Origin: Octopus sinensis
Taxonomy: Eukaryota
Assembly (NCBI RefSeq): GCF_006345805.1
Contig: NC_043012.1
Coordinates: 47,802,001 to 47,866,000 of the forward strand
DNA length: 64,000 nt
Direction of reading: 5' to 3'
Shown here: in pieces, positions 1-12,277 of the stretch
Numbering within the stretch: the first letter of the stretch is position 1
Layout: each line of letters begins with the position of its first letter
Made by a program: the position numbers and the translations under genes
Notes under the pieces: generated by a model
Told to the model about the DNA's origin: nothing
Databases searched by the model: none
The model's input: the letters and a program-made list of their open reading frames with translations, nothing else

Positions 1-35
1 TTTACATATCTATCATATTCTGTTAAAATGTCTCA

Positions 36-140
36 CTGACGAGTTTTATTTCTTCATTTCCATGAAGAGATTACATTGTTTTACACCATTTTATTCCTTT
101 GGGGTAATACCAATGATATCTTCGAAACATGTGTCGGAAG
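36..140 (+). ncRNA. Degenerate type I hammerhead-like motif (PLE terminus remnant)
   Basis: CTGACGAG at 36-43 and CGAAACATGTGTC at 123-135; stems I and II pair poorly. Confidence 0.25.
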
Positions 141-251
141 TAAAAGAATTTGTATAGCAACTACATTTAACTCCGTTAATATATATATATGTAGATATAT
201 GTGTGCGTGTGTGTGTGCGTGTGTGCGGGCGTGTGCGTGTGTGTATATATG

Positions 252-284
<33 letters not shown>

Positions 285-736
285 AAGCGCGCTTTAACAG
301 TGAACATAGATGAGTGGTTGAGAATTTTGCTTGTCATCAATGTGATTTCGGTTTAAATGACAAGGTACGCCTCAATGGACGAGTGCCTTCAACGAAAGCT
401 TAGGGTTGAACAAAATAAAAAAATCCAAGCCAATGATTGTGGCACATGCATATGTTCGCGTCCGCTTTTCATTATGTCTAATACCTATATGTCCCAGCAA
501 TGCAGAGGTTCCACAAAGATATACATTGTCTTTATATTCTAAATGAATGAATGAATATTCTACTATGAGCATCCCATGCATTGCTGCAGTCCAGAAGCAA
601 GGGAGTATATATTTGCATATATAATATGCATACATTCAAATATGAGTGTCTGTGTAGATTACACATACTAGCCAATATATATATATATATATATATATGT
701 ACATACTTACATCTGTACGTATATACATATGCATAT

Positions 737-1002
737 GTGGGAACAGGACGTCTGAGAATGTAAACAACATAAAAACACGTAAACATGATATACCAAATAC
801 AAATATAAAGAATATGGACTTCTTTTTCCAACAACGAAAGAAACAAATGGAAAACAAGACAAGTAGCATAACGAAGGACCCTTCATCAGCTGTCGGCTGT
901 TTTTCTAATTCGTATTTCGAACAATTCAACAGCAAGACACGCCTTCGATAAAACAGTTGCTCTCACAAAGCAAATTAAATAAAATTTGGGATTTTGCAGA
1001 GC
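737..1002 (-). mobile_element. Dispersed ~270 bp pLTR-like repeat carrying a permuted hammerhead
   Basis: Homologous to 1519-1698 and more distantly to 6719-6980 and 33579-33824; shared TGTCCTGTACC-type end next to TA microsatellite. Confidence 0.6.
878..941 (-). ncRNA. Candidate non-circularly permuted hammerhead ribozyme
   Basis: Minus strand: CGUGU-C (GUC site; 941-936), UUGCUG, ... C-GAAA (918-915), 25 nt, CUGAUGA (889-883), A, GGGU. Stem III 5 bp; stem I 3+2 bp; stem II 4 bp with wobbles. Confidence 0.55.
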
Positions 1003-1518
1003 GTCAAAAGTTTTACCAAAACAGGACATTAAAACAAAAAGGAGGGGTGCTAAACCTAAACGAAGTGAGGTGGTGAACGCAGAGAAACAAGCTTGGACAG
1101 ACGACAAATAAGAATGGGTCTGATTCCTCCAGCTACAACAGAAAAAAGAAAGAAACACAAGTTAGGAAAAGAAAGAAAGAAAGATAGCCGATGGTCACGT
1201 GAGAGCCACATGAGCAAAGGAGGAAGAGTGAGGAAGAGAGAGTGGGAGACAGAGAACTGTCAAGAGGAGAGAAAAAGATCTGGAGAAAGGATAAGAGAGA
1301 AAAACAAGAGGGGGAGAATCTGAGGTAAAAGAATAAGAAAAAGGAAGAGAGAAAACGAAAGAGTACCAGGATAGAATAGAGTGATGCATCAGAATTATTA
1401 AGATGAAACTTACTTGGAAAAGGATGTGTGGCGTTTAATCATATGATAATATAAATAATATATATATGCATATATACATATGTATATCTACATACATCTA
1501 TACATATATACATATGCA

Positions 1519-1698
1519 TATGTGGGTACAGGACATTATGGAATGTAAACAACATAAAAAATAAAAAAACATGAAATACGAAATACGAATACATGGAATA
1601 TGAAACCTTTTTGCAACAACAAAAGAAACAAATGGAAAACAAGACAAGTAACATAACGAACGACCCTTCACCAGTTGTCGGCTGTTTTTCCAATCTGT
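1519..1698 (-). mobile_element. Second, 5'-truncated copy of the 737-1002 repeat
   Basis: About 80% similar by eye to 737-915; keeps CTGGTGAAGGG but ends before the GAAA strand. Confidence 0.6.
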
Positions 1699-1912
1699 AT
1701 ATATGCATAAAAATATGCCACAGGACCTCCCACAATTAAACAAAATATCTATGCATTGTTCAAGCCAAATCAGGTTACCTGTGAAGAAAACCAAGAAAAT
1801 CAAACAATACCAAAGTAAGTGATCCCCACGATCTACGCATCCACAAATATAGTCCACTTTACAATAATGGAAGGCAACCCAGAATAACGAGACTAGGATG
1901 TAAAAAATTCCC

Positions 1913-2030
1913 AATCGAGAATAATATATATATTCTCATCATCAGCTGACAAAACGGATATCACTATGCTTGTGACACCTGTCCGATACAATTCAATCCG
2001 GTGGTGTCTTCAGCATTAAAAACATAAATG
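1913..2030 (-). repeat. Repeat homologous to 33088-33170 with decayed hammerhead-like motifs
   Basis: Shared ATCATCAGCTG..ACGGATATCA..GACACCTGT..ATTCAATCCGG; minus-strand CTGATGA followed by a perfect 7-bp hairpin GAGAATA/TATTCTC. Confidence 0.5.
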
Positions 2031-5000
2031 TCGCTTGGCAATCCACCAGATGGTTACTACAAGTAACAGCATTATGTTAAACAAAAATAGTGATAATTTA
2101 TAGCTACAAAATAGTACTTTTGACAAAGACCTAATTCAGACGATACAACAAACATTGACAGCTAGATACGTTGTTCCTCACTCAACATCACAAAACGATA
2201 TATATGGATTCTTTTATGGAACTTTAGGCCTCGAAGAACGTTACATAAAGCTATAAATAATAGCATGTCAATAGTCGAGGGATAATTTGGTTGATGTGTC
2301 TCGAGAGCCAATCTTGAAAGAACAAACAAAAGAAAAAAGACAATCAGTTCATGTCTCAAAAGTTTTTAAAATACTTATGACATCGAGAGTATATATAGTT
2401 ATGTGTGTGTGTTTGTATGTGTGTGTGTATTGTCTGTGTCTGTGTGAGAGAGAGAGAGAGTGAGAAAGACAGACAGACAAATACAGAGACAGTGAGATAA
2501 GTGATGGAGTTACAATACAACACCCTCATACACTGTACCCTATTCACTTCTCTCTAGCTTTACGCTTTCATTACCTTAGTGTGAGCGTATGCACATTTGG
2601 CTAGAAACAGGTTTGTATATTTAACAGTTATAATATATGAATAAGGTCTTGCACACGTCTGTACATAAATATATAGACATGGCATTCACTATATGAGCGT
2701 GTGTATGTGTGTATTTTGTTTCTTTGTGTGCGTGTATGCACGCGTGTGTGTGTGTGTTTGTGTTACAATTATGTATATCGATGTTTTATACAGTAAATAT
2801 ACTCGCAAACCACAGCCTGACACATTGATATGTTCACAATGACACATACATATGTGTAAGTTTGTGAATGAAGATATGCGCAATCACTGTTGCTACATGT
2901 ATTTACATATATTGGTATAATGAATGAATATATATGTATATGTATGTGTCTGTGTGTGCGTGTACATTTGAACATATAGATATTTATATGCTTGTAGATG
3001 TATGTATATGCGTGCGTATATTTATGTATTTATGAATGTACTTATGTATGTTACGCATACATACATATATACATAATACGCACAGAAATGCATGTTTACT
3101 TTAAAAGAAAGCTAAATCCACTGGATTGTCAGGAGAGTATTTAAATATAAAACAAATAGAATTTGAAAGTGGGTTACGTCTGAAAATCACTCGCTTCAAC
3201 TAAATAATATTGATTTAGAAGCTTTTCATGGAATGATATTTGTAGTTGGCTTAATCCAATAAATAAACACGTCAGAAGAACAAGTATTTATTTCACAGTT
3301 TTGCTTTTTTGGCTTTTACTTATTTGACACAAAATCGTGGAAGAAAGAGAAAGCTCTATGATTGATGAAAGCAGGAGCGAAAATCCGAACCAAAAAGCAG
3401 AAAAATATGTATACACAAGAAAGCGTTATATTAAATTTCGCTGGAGATATTTTTTAGGAATCAATATTAAACAGAGAATGAGAGACTGAAAGAGAGTATA
3501 AGAGAGATAGAGAGAGAGACAGAGACAGAGAGAGACTGAGAGAGATATAGCAAGTGAAGAGCGAGGAAGGAAAAGAGAGAAAGGGAGAAGAAAGGCAGGA
3601 ATAAATGCAGAAAGTTTGCGTAAGAAAGAAAATATGAAATGGTAAGTTCTTTGATAAGGGCGAAACTGAACCAGATTTCTGTAATGATATATTTTATTAA
3701 CGCATCAATCAAATGTTTGGATCAAACTGGTTGAAGCCGATTTAATCAATGCTAGTTATATTACATTACTTCTAATATCGATTCTATATTCTTGAAATCA
3801 TCAATTCTGCTGCTGTGTATTACGATTGCGTAAAAAGTGAAAGCTGGTGCCCTGATACTGCAAAGCAAATAATCCAGATTCCATAATATATTTAAAAAGT
3901 AATTCCATGAAATACATATAGAGCTAAAATCAAATGCCTTGTTATTACTCGAATTGGTAGTGCATGAAATCTTCTCTTGAATGCGACATTTCAGGATGTT
4001 GTCTGTGATATATGTTGCAGTGATTTAATCACAAAACAGCTTACTCTCTTTGTTTTCCGCTAAAGCTGGTGTTTATATGCCTTTTAATGATAATCGCTCA
4101 TGTATACTACAAAAGGTCCGTGATTTTATGAACTAACGTCGTCCGAATTATTTACTTTCGCTGAAATAAGGTAAATATATCGGGGCTGCATATATCATAA
4201 GGATAGTCTCATTGGAGTTTTGCACATGTTCATTGCATCGAAGTGATCTATCGGTTGAAGCTACCCATTTCTTCATGATCACACACGGGAGTTTGTATCA
4301 GCATAAATAGATGAATACATGCATCCTTGCATTCCAGTTTTTCGTTAAATTCGAAGACATTAGCCTATCTTTCTTTGATTTTCGAAGGACTCCTAGTATC
4401 TTATTCTATGTAATTTAATGTATCTGTGTTGATAGGCAATGTTCACTTTGGCATTGAGCATGTCGATATCTCTTATGCAGAGTGTACTAAGTCCATGGTA
4501 TTTTTATTAAACAACTGGTAGTTTAAATACATTTTAGGTAAGCGTTATGTTCTCAAATATGGTGTAAACAGTTAGCTTGTACTTTTCGCTGGAATCAATT
4601 TATACTAATCATGAAAGATCTTTGTTTCAAAATAACACTTATGACTAAGTTTTTATTCACAAGTGCTTCATTTTTAGCGCTAGTGTTGATCGCCAGCTAC
4701 CAGTGCCTCTTCTCATTGGTTTATTTACTGTTTTGTTGTTATATGATGGACTAGAGGGCTTCAGAAATCAATTTTAAGAAACCTTGGCATATATATGTTA
4801 CATTTCAATCCACAATATGTGCGCATAGATTCCTTATTTTCAAGTATCTTCTTACTGGGTTTTTATTTTTATTTATTACGTTGGGTGTCGCATTTAATTC
4901 CACAGATTTTAGTTGCTAAAGATGTAGGTTGTGTTTAAATGTGTAGAAATATATTTCATTCGTATATATTTTAGAAAATTATATTTTGATGATGACTATT

Positions 5001-6405
5001 TGAGATATAATAATTCAGCATGTAATAGGTTATTGGTTTCCTCTTGCTTATAAGTTACATATAAACTATATAATGCCAACTGTGCCTAAGTACTGCGTGC
5101 CAGATTCATATACATTGACTATTCCATCTCATTTTACTCTTGTATTATTTTCTATGCTTACATAATTAGCATTGAAACTCCTTGAGCTAAACACAAACTA
5201 AATTACAGACTCAGACCTCAAGCGTTTGCTTTTTAAAATTTTCGAATATCATCCGTTTTAGACGGATTACCTAAATCGTATGAGAGTACAAAGAAACTTT
5301 TCGCCTCTTCATGGCCAGCAAAGTCCCAAAGAAACAAATTTTCTTCAGCTGAATAATATAAAAATAATTTTCGCCATCTTGGTTTAGAGAAATTTAGGAA
5401 TAACTGAACACTTTTTTAATTCTATATTTATAATGATATATGGATATCATATCTAAGTTAATAAGCCCCAGTATATTTCTAAGGATTATTTTCTTGACGA
5501 AAGCTCAATCAGAACATAGAATATTCTATTTAAATAATGTAGTGCATTCAGTCTATCGTTCAGAAGTTTCATTACCTAACCACACTTAACGAATGCTATA
5601 TTGATTTTTTGGGATTTTTTTTACTAGGAACTCCGGTCTTTCAAGTTAATGACTTTCATATCCTAAATATATTATCGCGTTGTAATTGATCGAGATTGAA
5701 TCTATATTATTCGGGAGCCAACATCGATTTGTAACGTTGACTGCACCGACTTTTCATAACTTAGAAAACGTCGATTCATATTTCATAAGCATAAGATCCA
5801 TATTTTGCAGAAATAGGTGTGGATCCAATTTAATCGAAACTAGTTTCATTCATATAGATATTAGTTTAATAGTGATAAAGAAGACAGATATTGCTTCATA
5901 GTATTTGATCTCAGTGAATTTATGAACAAACTGACTTATGTGATATTGAAATATTCCAAATTGCTACAGGAATAACTGTATTTCATTTACTTTATTCTTC
6001 AAAACACCAGATTATGTTAAAACACAACTGACTATTCGATTATTTGCTGTTGGTTCGCTTGTTTTTGTCATTGATTTTTTTTAGGGGAAGGGTTATTGTC
6101 CTGTTCGCCTTTCGTTCTAGCTCCAATGTAAAGCTTTCCCATAAAATGAAAAAGCATAACAACAACCAGTAATTTAATGTCATTGATGTATATACAATGA
6201 TTTATAGATTTCTGATTTCATAGCCCACTTTGAAACGCTAAAGAACAAAGTTCTATAATGATTTTAGAAAGCATAAATGTGTTTAATATCGGTTAACTAT
6301 GTAAATAGAGAAGCATCCTACTTCCAAACATAGAAGGGCCAAAACAGCACACACACACACACAAACACGCACACGCACACAAACACACACAAACACACGC
6401 ACACG

Positions 6406-6449
<44 letters not shown>

Positions 6450-6454
6450 GTAGT

Positions 6455-6681
6455 GGAGGCGCGTGGCTTAGTGGTTAGTGTGTCAGCACCATGATCGTAA
6501 GATTGGGGTTTCGATTCTTGGACCGGGCGACGCGTTGCGTTCTTGAGCAAGACACTTCATTTCACGTTGCTCCAGTCCACTCAGCTGGCGAAGATGAGTA
6601 ACGCTGCGATGGACTGGCGTCCCGTCCAGTTGGGGGAACACATACGCCATAGAAACCGGGAAACCGGGCCCATGAACCTAG
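6455..6681 (+). mobile_element. tRNA-derived SINE with CORE-like and V-domain-like segments
   Basis: A box TGGCTTAGTGG, B box GTTTCGATTC (6508-6517), CTTGAGCAAGACACTT, and GCGATGGACTGGCGTCCCGTCCAG (6606-6629). Confidence 0.75.
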
Positions 6682-6718
6682 GGCGTATTTATTATATATA
6701 TATATATATATATATATA

Positions 6719-6980
6719 CCCCTCCGCAAAGAAATCTCAAATATTATTTAATTTGCTTTTCGCGGGAAGAAATGTTTCATTAAAGTCATGTATCGCCTTG
6801 ACCTTCGAAATGTGGAGTAGATGAAACAAAGGCGACTGAAGAAGGGGAATTTTTCTTGTATTGTATGTCCTGTAGTCTATTTTTCCGTTGTTTAAGAAAA
6901 ATGTCCATTTACTTGGTTTTGTGTTTATGTTTTCGTTTCTCATTGTGTTCGACGTTTTTTTTTTTGGTGTCCTGTACCCA
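6719..6980 (+). mobile_element. pLTR-like repeat carrying a permuted hammerhead
   Basis: Homologous to the reverse complement of 33579-33824; flanked by TA repeats. Confidence 0.65.
6786..6847 (+). ncRNA. Candidate non-circularly permuted hammerhead ribozyme (best copy)
   Basis: UCAUGU-A (GUA site 6790-6792), UCGCCUU (6793-99) pairs AAGGCGA (6829-35), CUUC-GAAA (6803-10), AUGUGG pairs UCAUGU, CUGAAGA (6836-42), A, GGGG. Confidence 0.65.
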
Positions 6981-7060
6981 TATATGCATGTATATATACA
7001 TGTAGAGGTAGGTACGTACATATATGTATGTATGTATGCATATGTTTTATTTATTTATTA

Positions 7061-7115
<55 letters not shown>

Positions 7116-7619
7116 TACATATCAGGCAAAAATAAAAACACGAAAATGACGTTAAACTGGCAACCAGGGTGTAACACTGGAAAAAAGACTAATGTATCGA
7201 GCTTAAGCTCATCAATGGAATGTGAAAAGCTAAAAACCAGAATCATCTCTCAATTAAACGATATGGCCTGAAAAGGAAGAAGTCTTAAATCATGTTTGCT
7301 AAATCGGGTACAATAACTTGGTTTATGTGTGTATGTGACCAAGCGTATGCTTATCTGAAGCTAGTGTGCGTGTATGTAGGCTTATGCATGGGGGCACGTT
7401 TTCTATGTGAAAACAAGTACGTATGCGTTTGTATGAGGCAATGTGTACTTGTATACCTTCTATGTTTATGCTTGTGTATACGTGTGTTGAGTCGTGTGTA
7501 TATGTGTGACAGGTTATCTGATGTATGTGAGCACTAAACGAGTGTCTGTATACGTTTGTGATATTAATTTTTGTTTGTGCGTGTGTATATCTTTTAGTTA
7601 TTTATAATCGAACGCCACG

Positions 7620-8045
7620 CAGCCTTCTCCACAGTCAGTTCTTATGTTTAATTATACTTTCTGCGACTGCACACATTTTTCTATTTTTCTCTCTATCCCT
7701 CTATAATCCTCTTATTTTCCGTTTCTCCCCTTCATTCTTTGATGTCCTCTGTCTTTCTTCCACTCCCTACTATCTTTCGTTCCTTCTCCCTTCTACTCAA
7801 TCTCTTTGTTTCTTTCCCTCATCATCGCTCTTGTCTACCTTCCCCTCTGCCTGTTTGCTCACACGTGACTACAGGCCATTTCTCACCTCTGTCAGTTTTG
7901 AACGCGACCCCTACCTAACTAGACGTCATTTCTCTCGCCTCCGGACATTTTTTCTTCTACTATCTTCGTCTCTTCTTGTTATTCTATATCCTTTCAAAGT
8001 TTCTTCCAGGCGTTACCCATTACAATGAGTCTTGGCCCAACGGCC
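7620..8045 (+). repeat. CT-rich repeat with CACGTGAC motif (internal part of the HHR-repeat units)
   Basis: Motif cacgtgac..ggc(c/t)a recurs at 1195-1202 (minus), 7862-7869, 39146-39154 and 43125-43134 in CT-rich tracts. Confidence 0.45.
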
Positions 8046-8149
8046 CTTAATGTTTGTCTTCGTCGATTGTTTTTTTTCTGTACGTCCACTCTGCTGCTGT
8101 TTGTTTGTTCGAAGCCCTAACTCTCCCCAAATTTTACATTTGTTTTATA

Positions 8150-8445
8150 TTTCTGGATACTGCAGCCATGCTGGGCCACATCCTTAAACCTGGTACTAAT
8201 ACTATCGATCTATTTTGCCGAGCAACTAAGTTACAGGACATAAACACACCAACACCTGTTGTCAAGTGGTAGTAGAGGACAAACATACACATGCCACACA
8301 CATATACCGATCCTCCACGCTCACACAAACATATTTCCGTCTACCAAATCCACTCATAAGTCTTTGGTCGGCTCGTGGTTATAGTAAAATACATTTGCCC
8401 GAAGTGCCGCCTAGTAGGAGTGAACCCGGAAGCCGTGTTTGGCTA
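8150..8445 (-). mobile_element. SINE family A, decayed
   Basis: TTTCCGTCTACCAAATCCACTCA and tail motifs shared with family A. Confidence 0.7.
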
Positions 8446-9000
8446 CTTCAATTTAATATATATATCTTTTTGGAAGAAAGGTACAATTTTACTCTTAATG
8501 TGAAAAGTAAGAATTGTTTAACTTTGACATTTCGGTCAACGGAGTACATAAAAATTTTGATTGTTTTGAAAGTTTTCAAGTGTACTTAAAACATTTAAAC
8601 ACTAGAATTCTTATCCTGTGGATTATGGGGAGATTAGAAATTTATTGCCATTCATAAAGTATTCAAAGTCGAACACGGCAAAAATGGTGAATCTCATTTT
8701 CATCAGTAAATGTACAAACAACGCGGATTTAATTTACAGCATTAACTATCAACCACATTCGAATGTAGAACCAGTGGCAACTATATACATCAAAATGTAA
8801 CAATGGAAATTATCATCTACGATAACCAGCATCTTCAAGCGTGATAGCACCACCACCAGTCCCAACTATACCAGCAGCACCAGCATTAGCAGTGGAAGCA
8901 GTTACAGCAGCAGCGACAGTAGCAGCATCGACAACAGCTGCAGTTGTAGTACTACTAATAATAAAAGGTGTTGCAAGCTTTTATGAGAGAAATATAAATC

Positions 9001-9448
9001 TTTTCTACTATAGGCACAAGGCTTGAAATTTAGAGGAGAGGATAATCAAATACATCGACGCTAGTACTTAGCTGGTACTTATCATATTGACACCGAAAGG
9101 ATAAAATGCAAAATCGACCTCGGCGGGAGTACGTGGAAACGGACAAAATACCGCTAAGCATTTCACCCAGCTCGTTAACGATTTTTTTCTTTACTACCCA
9201 CAGGGGGGGGGGCTAAACACAGAGAAGACAAACAAGGACAGACAAACGGATTAAGTCGATTATATCGACCCCAGTGCGTAACTGGTACATATTTAATCGA
9301 CCCCGAAAAGATGAAATGCAAAGCCGACCTCAGGCGGAATTTGAACTCAGAACGTAACGGCAGACGAAATACGGCTACGCATTTCGCCCGGCGTGCTAAT
9401 GATTCTGCCAGCTCGCCAGCTCGTTAACGATTGTATCAGTTTTCCGCC
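9001..9448 (-). mobile_element. Old SINE family B copy interrupted by a younger B copy
   Basis: B body at 9001-9183 continues at 9433-9448. Confidence 0.65.
9184..9417 (-). mobile_element. SINE family B, full length with TSD
   Basis: Full B consensus; direct repeat CAGCTCGTTAACGATT at 9168-9183 and 9417-9432. Confidence 0.85.
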
Positions 9449-9480
9449 TCTGGGAGAAATATGAGCAACTGCAGTGTTCA

Positions 9481-9680
9481 AGGCGTGAAGCTAGCGGAAT
9501 CGTTAGTACGCCGGTTAAAATGCTTAGCAGCATTTCGTCCGTTTTTACGTTCTAAGTATAGATTCTGCACAAGTCGTCTTTGACTTTTTATCATTACGGA
9601 ATTGATCAAATAAGTACAAGTTGATCGAATCGACTTACCCGCTCCACAAATTGCTGGCCTTGTGCCAGAAGTTGAAATCA
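9481..9680 (+). mobile_element. SINE family B, decayed
   Basis: Head GGCG..AGCTAGCGGAATCGTTAG and central domain. Confidence 0.7.
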
Positions 9681-9842
9681 GTTACAGTTCTGTTCAGTAC
9701 TACTATCGAAACTACTATTATCATCCCTCATGGAATTGTAGTTAGCCTTCTATCATTTCACATTTGATTAAGAAAGCCACCATAGGGATTACATTACAAG
9801 TTTAGGAAGATATTGTACATTTACTGCAAAAAGGTAAAGACA

Positions 9843-10240
9843 GGCGTAGGAGTGTCTGTGTGGTAAGTAGCTTGCTTACCAGCCACATGGTTCCGGGTTC
9901 AGTCCCACTGCGTGGCATCTTGGGCAAATGTCTCCTGCTATAGCCTCGGGCTGACAAAAGCCATGTGAGTGAATTTCGTAGACGGAAACTGAAAGAAGCC
10001 TGTCGTATATATGTATATATATATATGTATGTGTGTGTGGGTTTGTGTATCAGTGTTTGTCCCCCTAGCATTGCTTGACAACCGATGCTGGTGTGTTTAC
10101 GTCCCCGTAGCTTAGCGGTTCGGCAAGAGAGACCGATAGAAAAGTACTGGGCTTGCAAAAGAATAAGTCCCGTGGTCGAGTTGCTCGACTAAAGGCGGTG
10201 CTGCAGCATGGCCGCAGTCAAATGACTGAAACAAGTAAAA
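9843..10240 (+). mobile_element. SINE family A (~400 bp, tRNA head, internal TA/TG tract)
   Basis: A/B-box-like head, CTTGGGCAA CORE-like motif, GGTAGACGGAAACTGAAAGAAG, tail AAATGACTGAAACAAGTAAAA. Confidence 0.85.
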
Positions 10241-10637
10241 ACAAAAAACAAAACATAGCATTTCAAAATATCCAAAAACGTTTTGCCGCATTCTGAATGA
10301 GTTTATTAAGCCATGTTTCCCCCTCATGAAAATAATGTCACTTCACCAGTTAATACTGTATTCTGTGTAAATTGTTATAATACACTAAACGCACCGTACA
10401 GAGAAGGATATGCGTATGCTTTCTCTGACGAAGACATGAGAAAACTAGAAACTGGTATAATATATTTCATTCCTTGCTCACAGAGATGAAATTGTAGCGT
10501 AACCATCCATTTTATATAACGTTTCAGGGTGATATTAAAACAGAATGCTAATTTAAAATAACATTACTTGAATTTCAGATCGTTCGACCATTGTGTATAG
10601 TGCATTACAACTTTGAGTGCGCATGCACGTGTATATA

Positions 10638-10702
<65 letters not shown>

Positions 10703-10872
10703 GCACATATATGTATATTTAATATCTCTGTGCATATATGTCTACAACATATATAAATATTGATACACATATCAACATATGTACACATATATATTTACGG
10801 ACATATAAACATATATATATAACAAACAATACATCCATAAACACACAGAAAAGCGCATACATTTACACGTGA

Positions 10873-10945
<73 letters not shown>

Positions 10946-11067
10946 TTTGATTATAAACATGTGTGAGTGTATGGGAGGGTGTCTGAACGTATCATCCATA
11001 TGTAAATATATTCATATTTATTTATACACATTTTATATGTGCACATATATATGTTTATATATGAACA

Positions 11068-11121
<54 letters not shown>

Positions 11122-12165
11122 CCAAGCATGCATACGCAAATAGATATACATTTATGTATATTTATATTCATGTATATTTAATGGATTATTTCCAGTTGAG
11201 AGAAAATTAAAGACCACCATAGTTATCTATATTCTGCATTTTCTTCCAAAGAATTTTCTTGGAATGTTTTCTATGGAAGTCGTGTTCTTTATATTTCGAC
11301 AATAAATACATTATTTAATAGAATAGCTTTGGTACTATCGGGGAAATCGTGCCATTCCCGAATTCTTATCAGAGATCGAATTACATCGAATACTGTTCCT
11401 ATATAATACGCCACGGTATTCTTAGTAGCCGAATAAGAATTGTAAATCTTTATCACGTTCCATGATATCGGACCGACTATAAAAGAAACTGAAGTCGATA
11501 TCTTATGATATTTTATACAAACAGCGTTTGCTATTTGCAAATGTTACTACTACTGCTACTGCTTCTCCTAATACTGCGTAGACAACCGCCACTACCACCA
11601 TCATCCACCACTATCGCAACAACAACAATGACAATAGCAATTACTACTACTACTACTACTACTACTAGTATAATATTTTATATTTTTGTATTTGTGAATA
11701 TATATTTCGTAAAAACGTTTGCTTTTTATATTTTGGTTTTGCTTCTGTTTCTGCTTCATCCTACTATACCACGAAATAAAAGCATCAGCTAGCTAAGCAG
11801 AAGTAAAAATCTATCACGAATGGCACTTTCCATTTTCGTACACATTGAATACTATGGTCCTCTTTCCTTTGTCTGCGGGTAAAAATAAGAAAGGCTGTAG
11901 TACATCATGCTTTTAATCACAAGTTTAGGATGACCTGGAGTTAACCTCTGCAATAACATCGGTTACCTAATACGTACCTTAACAAAACTCTATATATTGC
12001 TTGGCTCTGAAATCCTAAAATCCCAAAATAAGTTTAAGTAGAATGCTCTTAAAGCAGTCATGCCTTTCCTGTATTTCAGTACTTCAAACAAGTGAACTAT
12101 TTTCAACATGGAGATGAAAACTGAGTTTCGTTACGAGCTATTGGGAATGCATTTGATACTTTCAG

Positions 12166-12222
12166 CTAGTGAAAGAGAATTTCTGGGAAAAAAAGGTATA
12201 CCGACTCTTCTTCATACTCTTC
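12166..12222 (+). CDS. Candidate exon (unassigned)
   Basis: Acceptor GATACTTTCAG, donor GTAAGC, 57 nt; two open frames (LVKENFWEKKVYRLFFILF or SEREFLGKKGIPTLLHTL). Confidence 0.2.
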
Positions 12223-12277
12223 GTAAGCCCTCACTTATAGTTTACCGTTAATGTTCCCATAATATAGTTCCATTATA

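Noticed and set aside
3700-6050. Unique AT-rich stretch as a decayed L1/Tx1 RT or exon cluster
   Set aside because: Only vague motif echoes, stop density about random; the best AG..GT segment (4045-4160 minus) has stops in all three frames
6807-6842. Reading the GAAA-N25-CUGANGA motif as an ordinary type II hammerhead with NUH and stem I inside the spacer
   Set aside because: A U is conserved at spacer position 8, but the would-be 1.1/2.1 pair is purine-purine in all five copies; the upstream NUH strand pairs far better
10425-10457. CTGACGAAG..GAAACTGGTA hammerhead-like string
   Set aside because: Stems I and II do not pair
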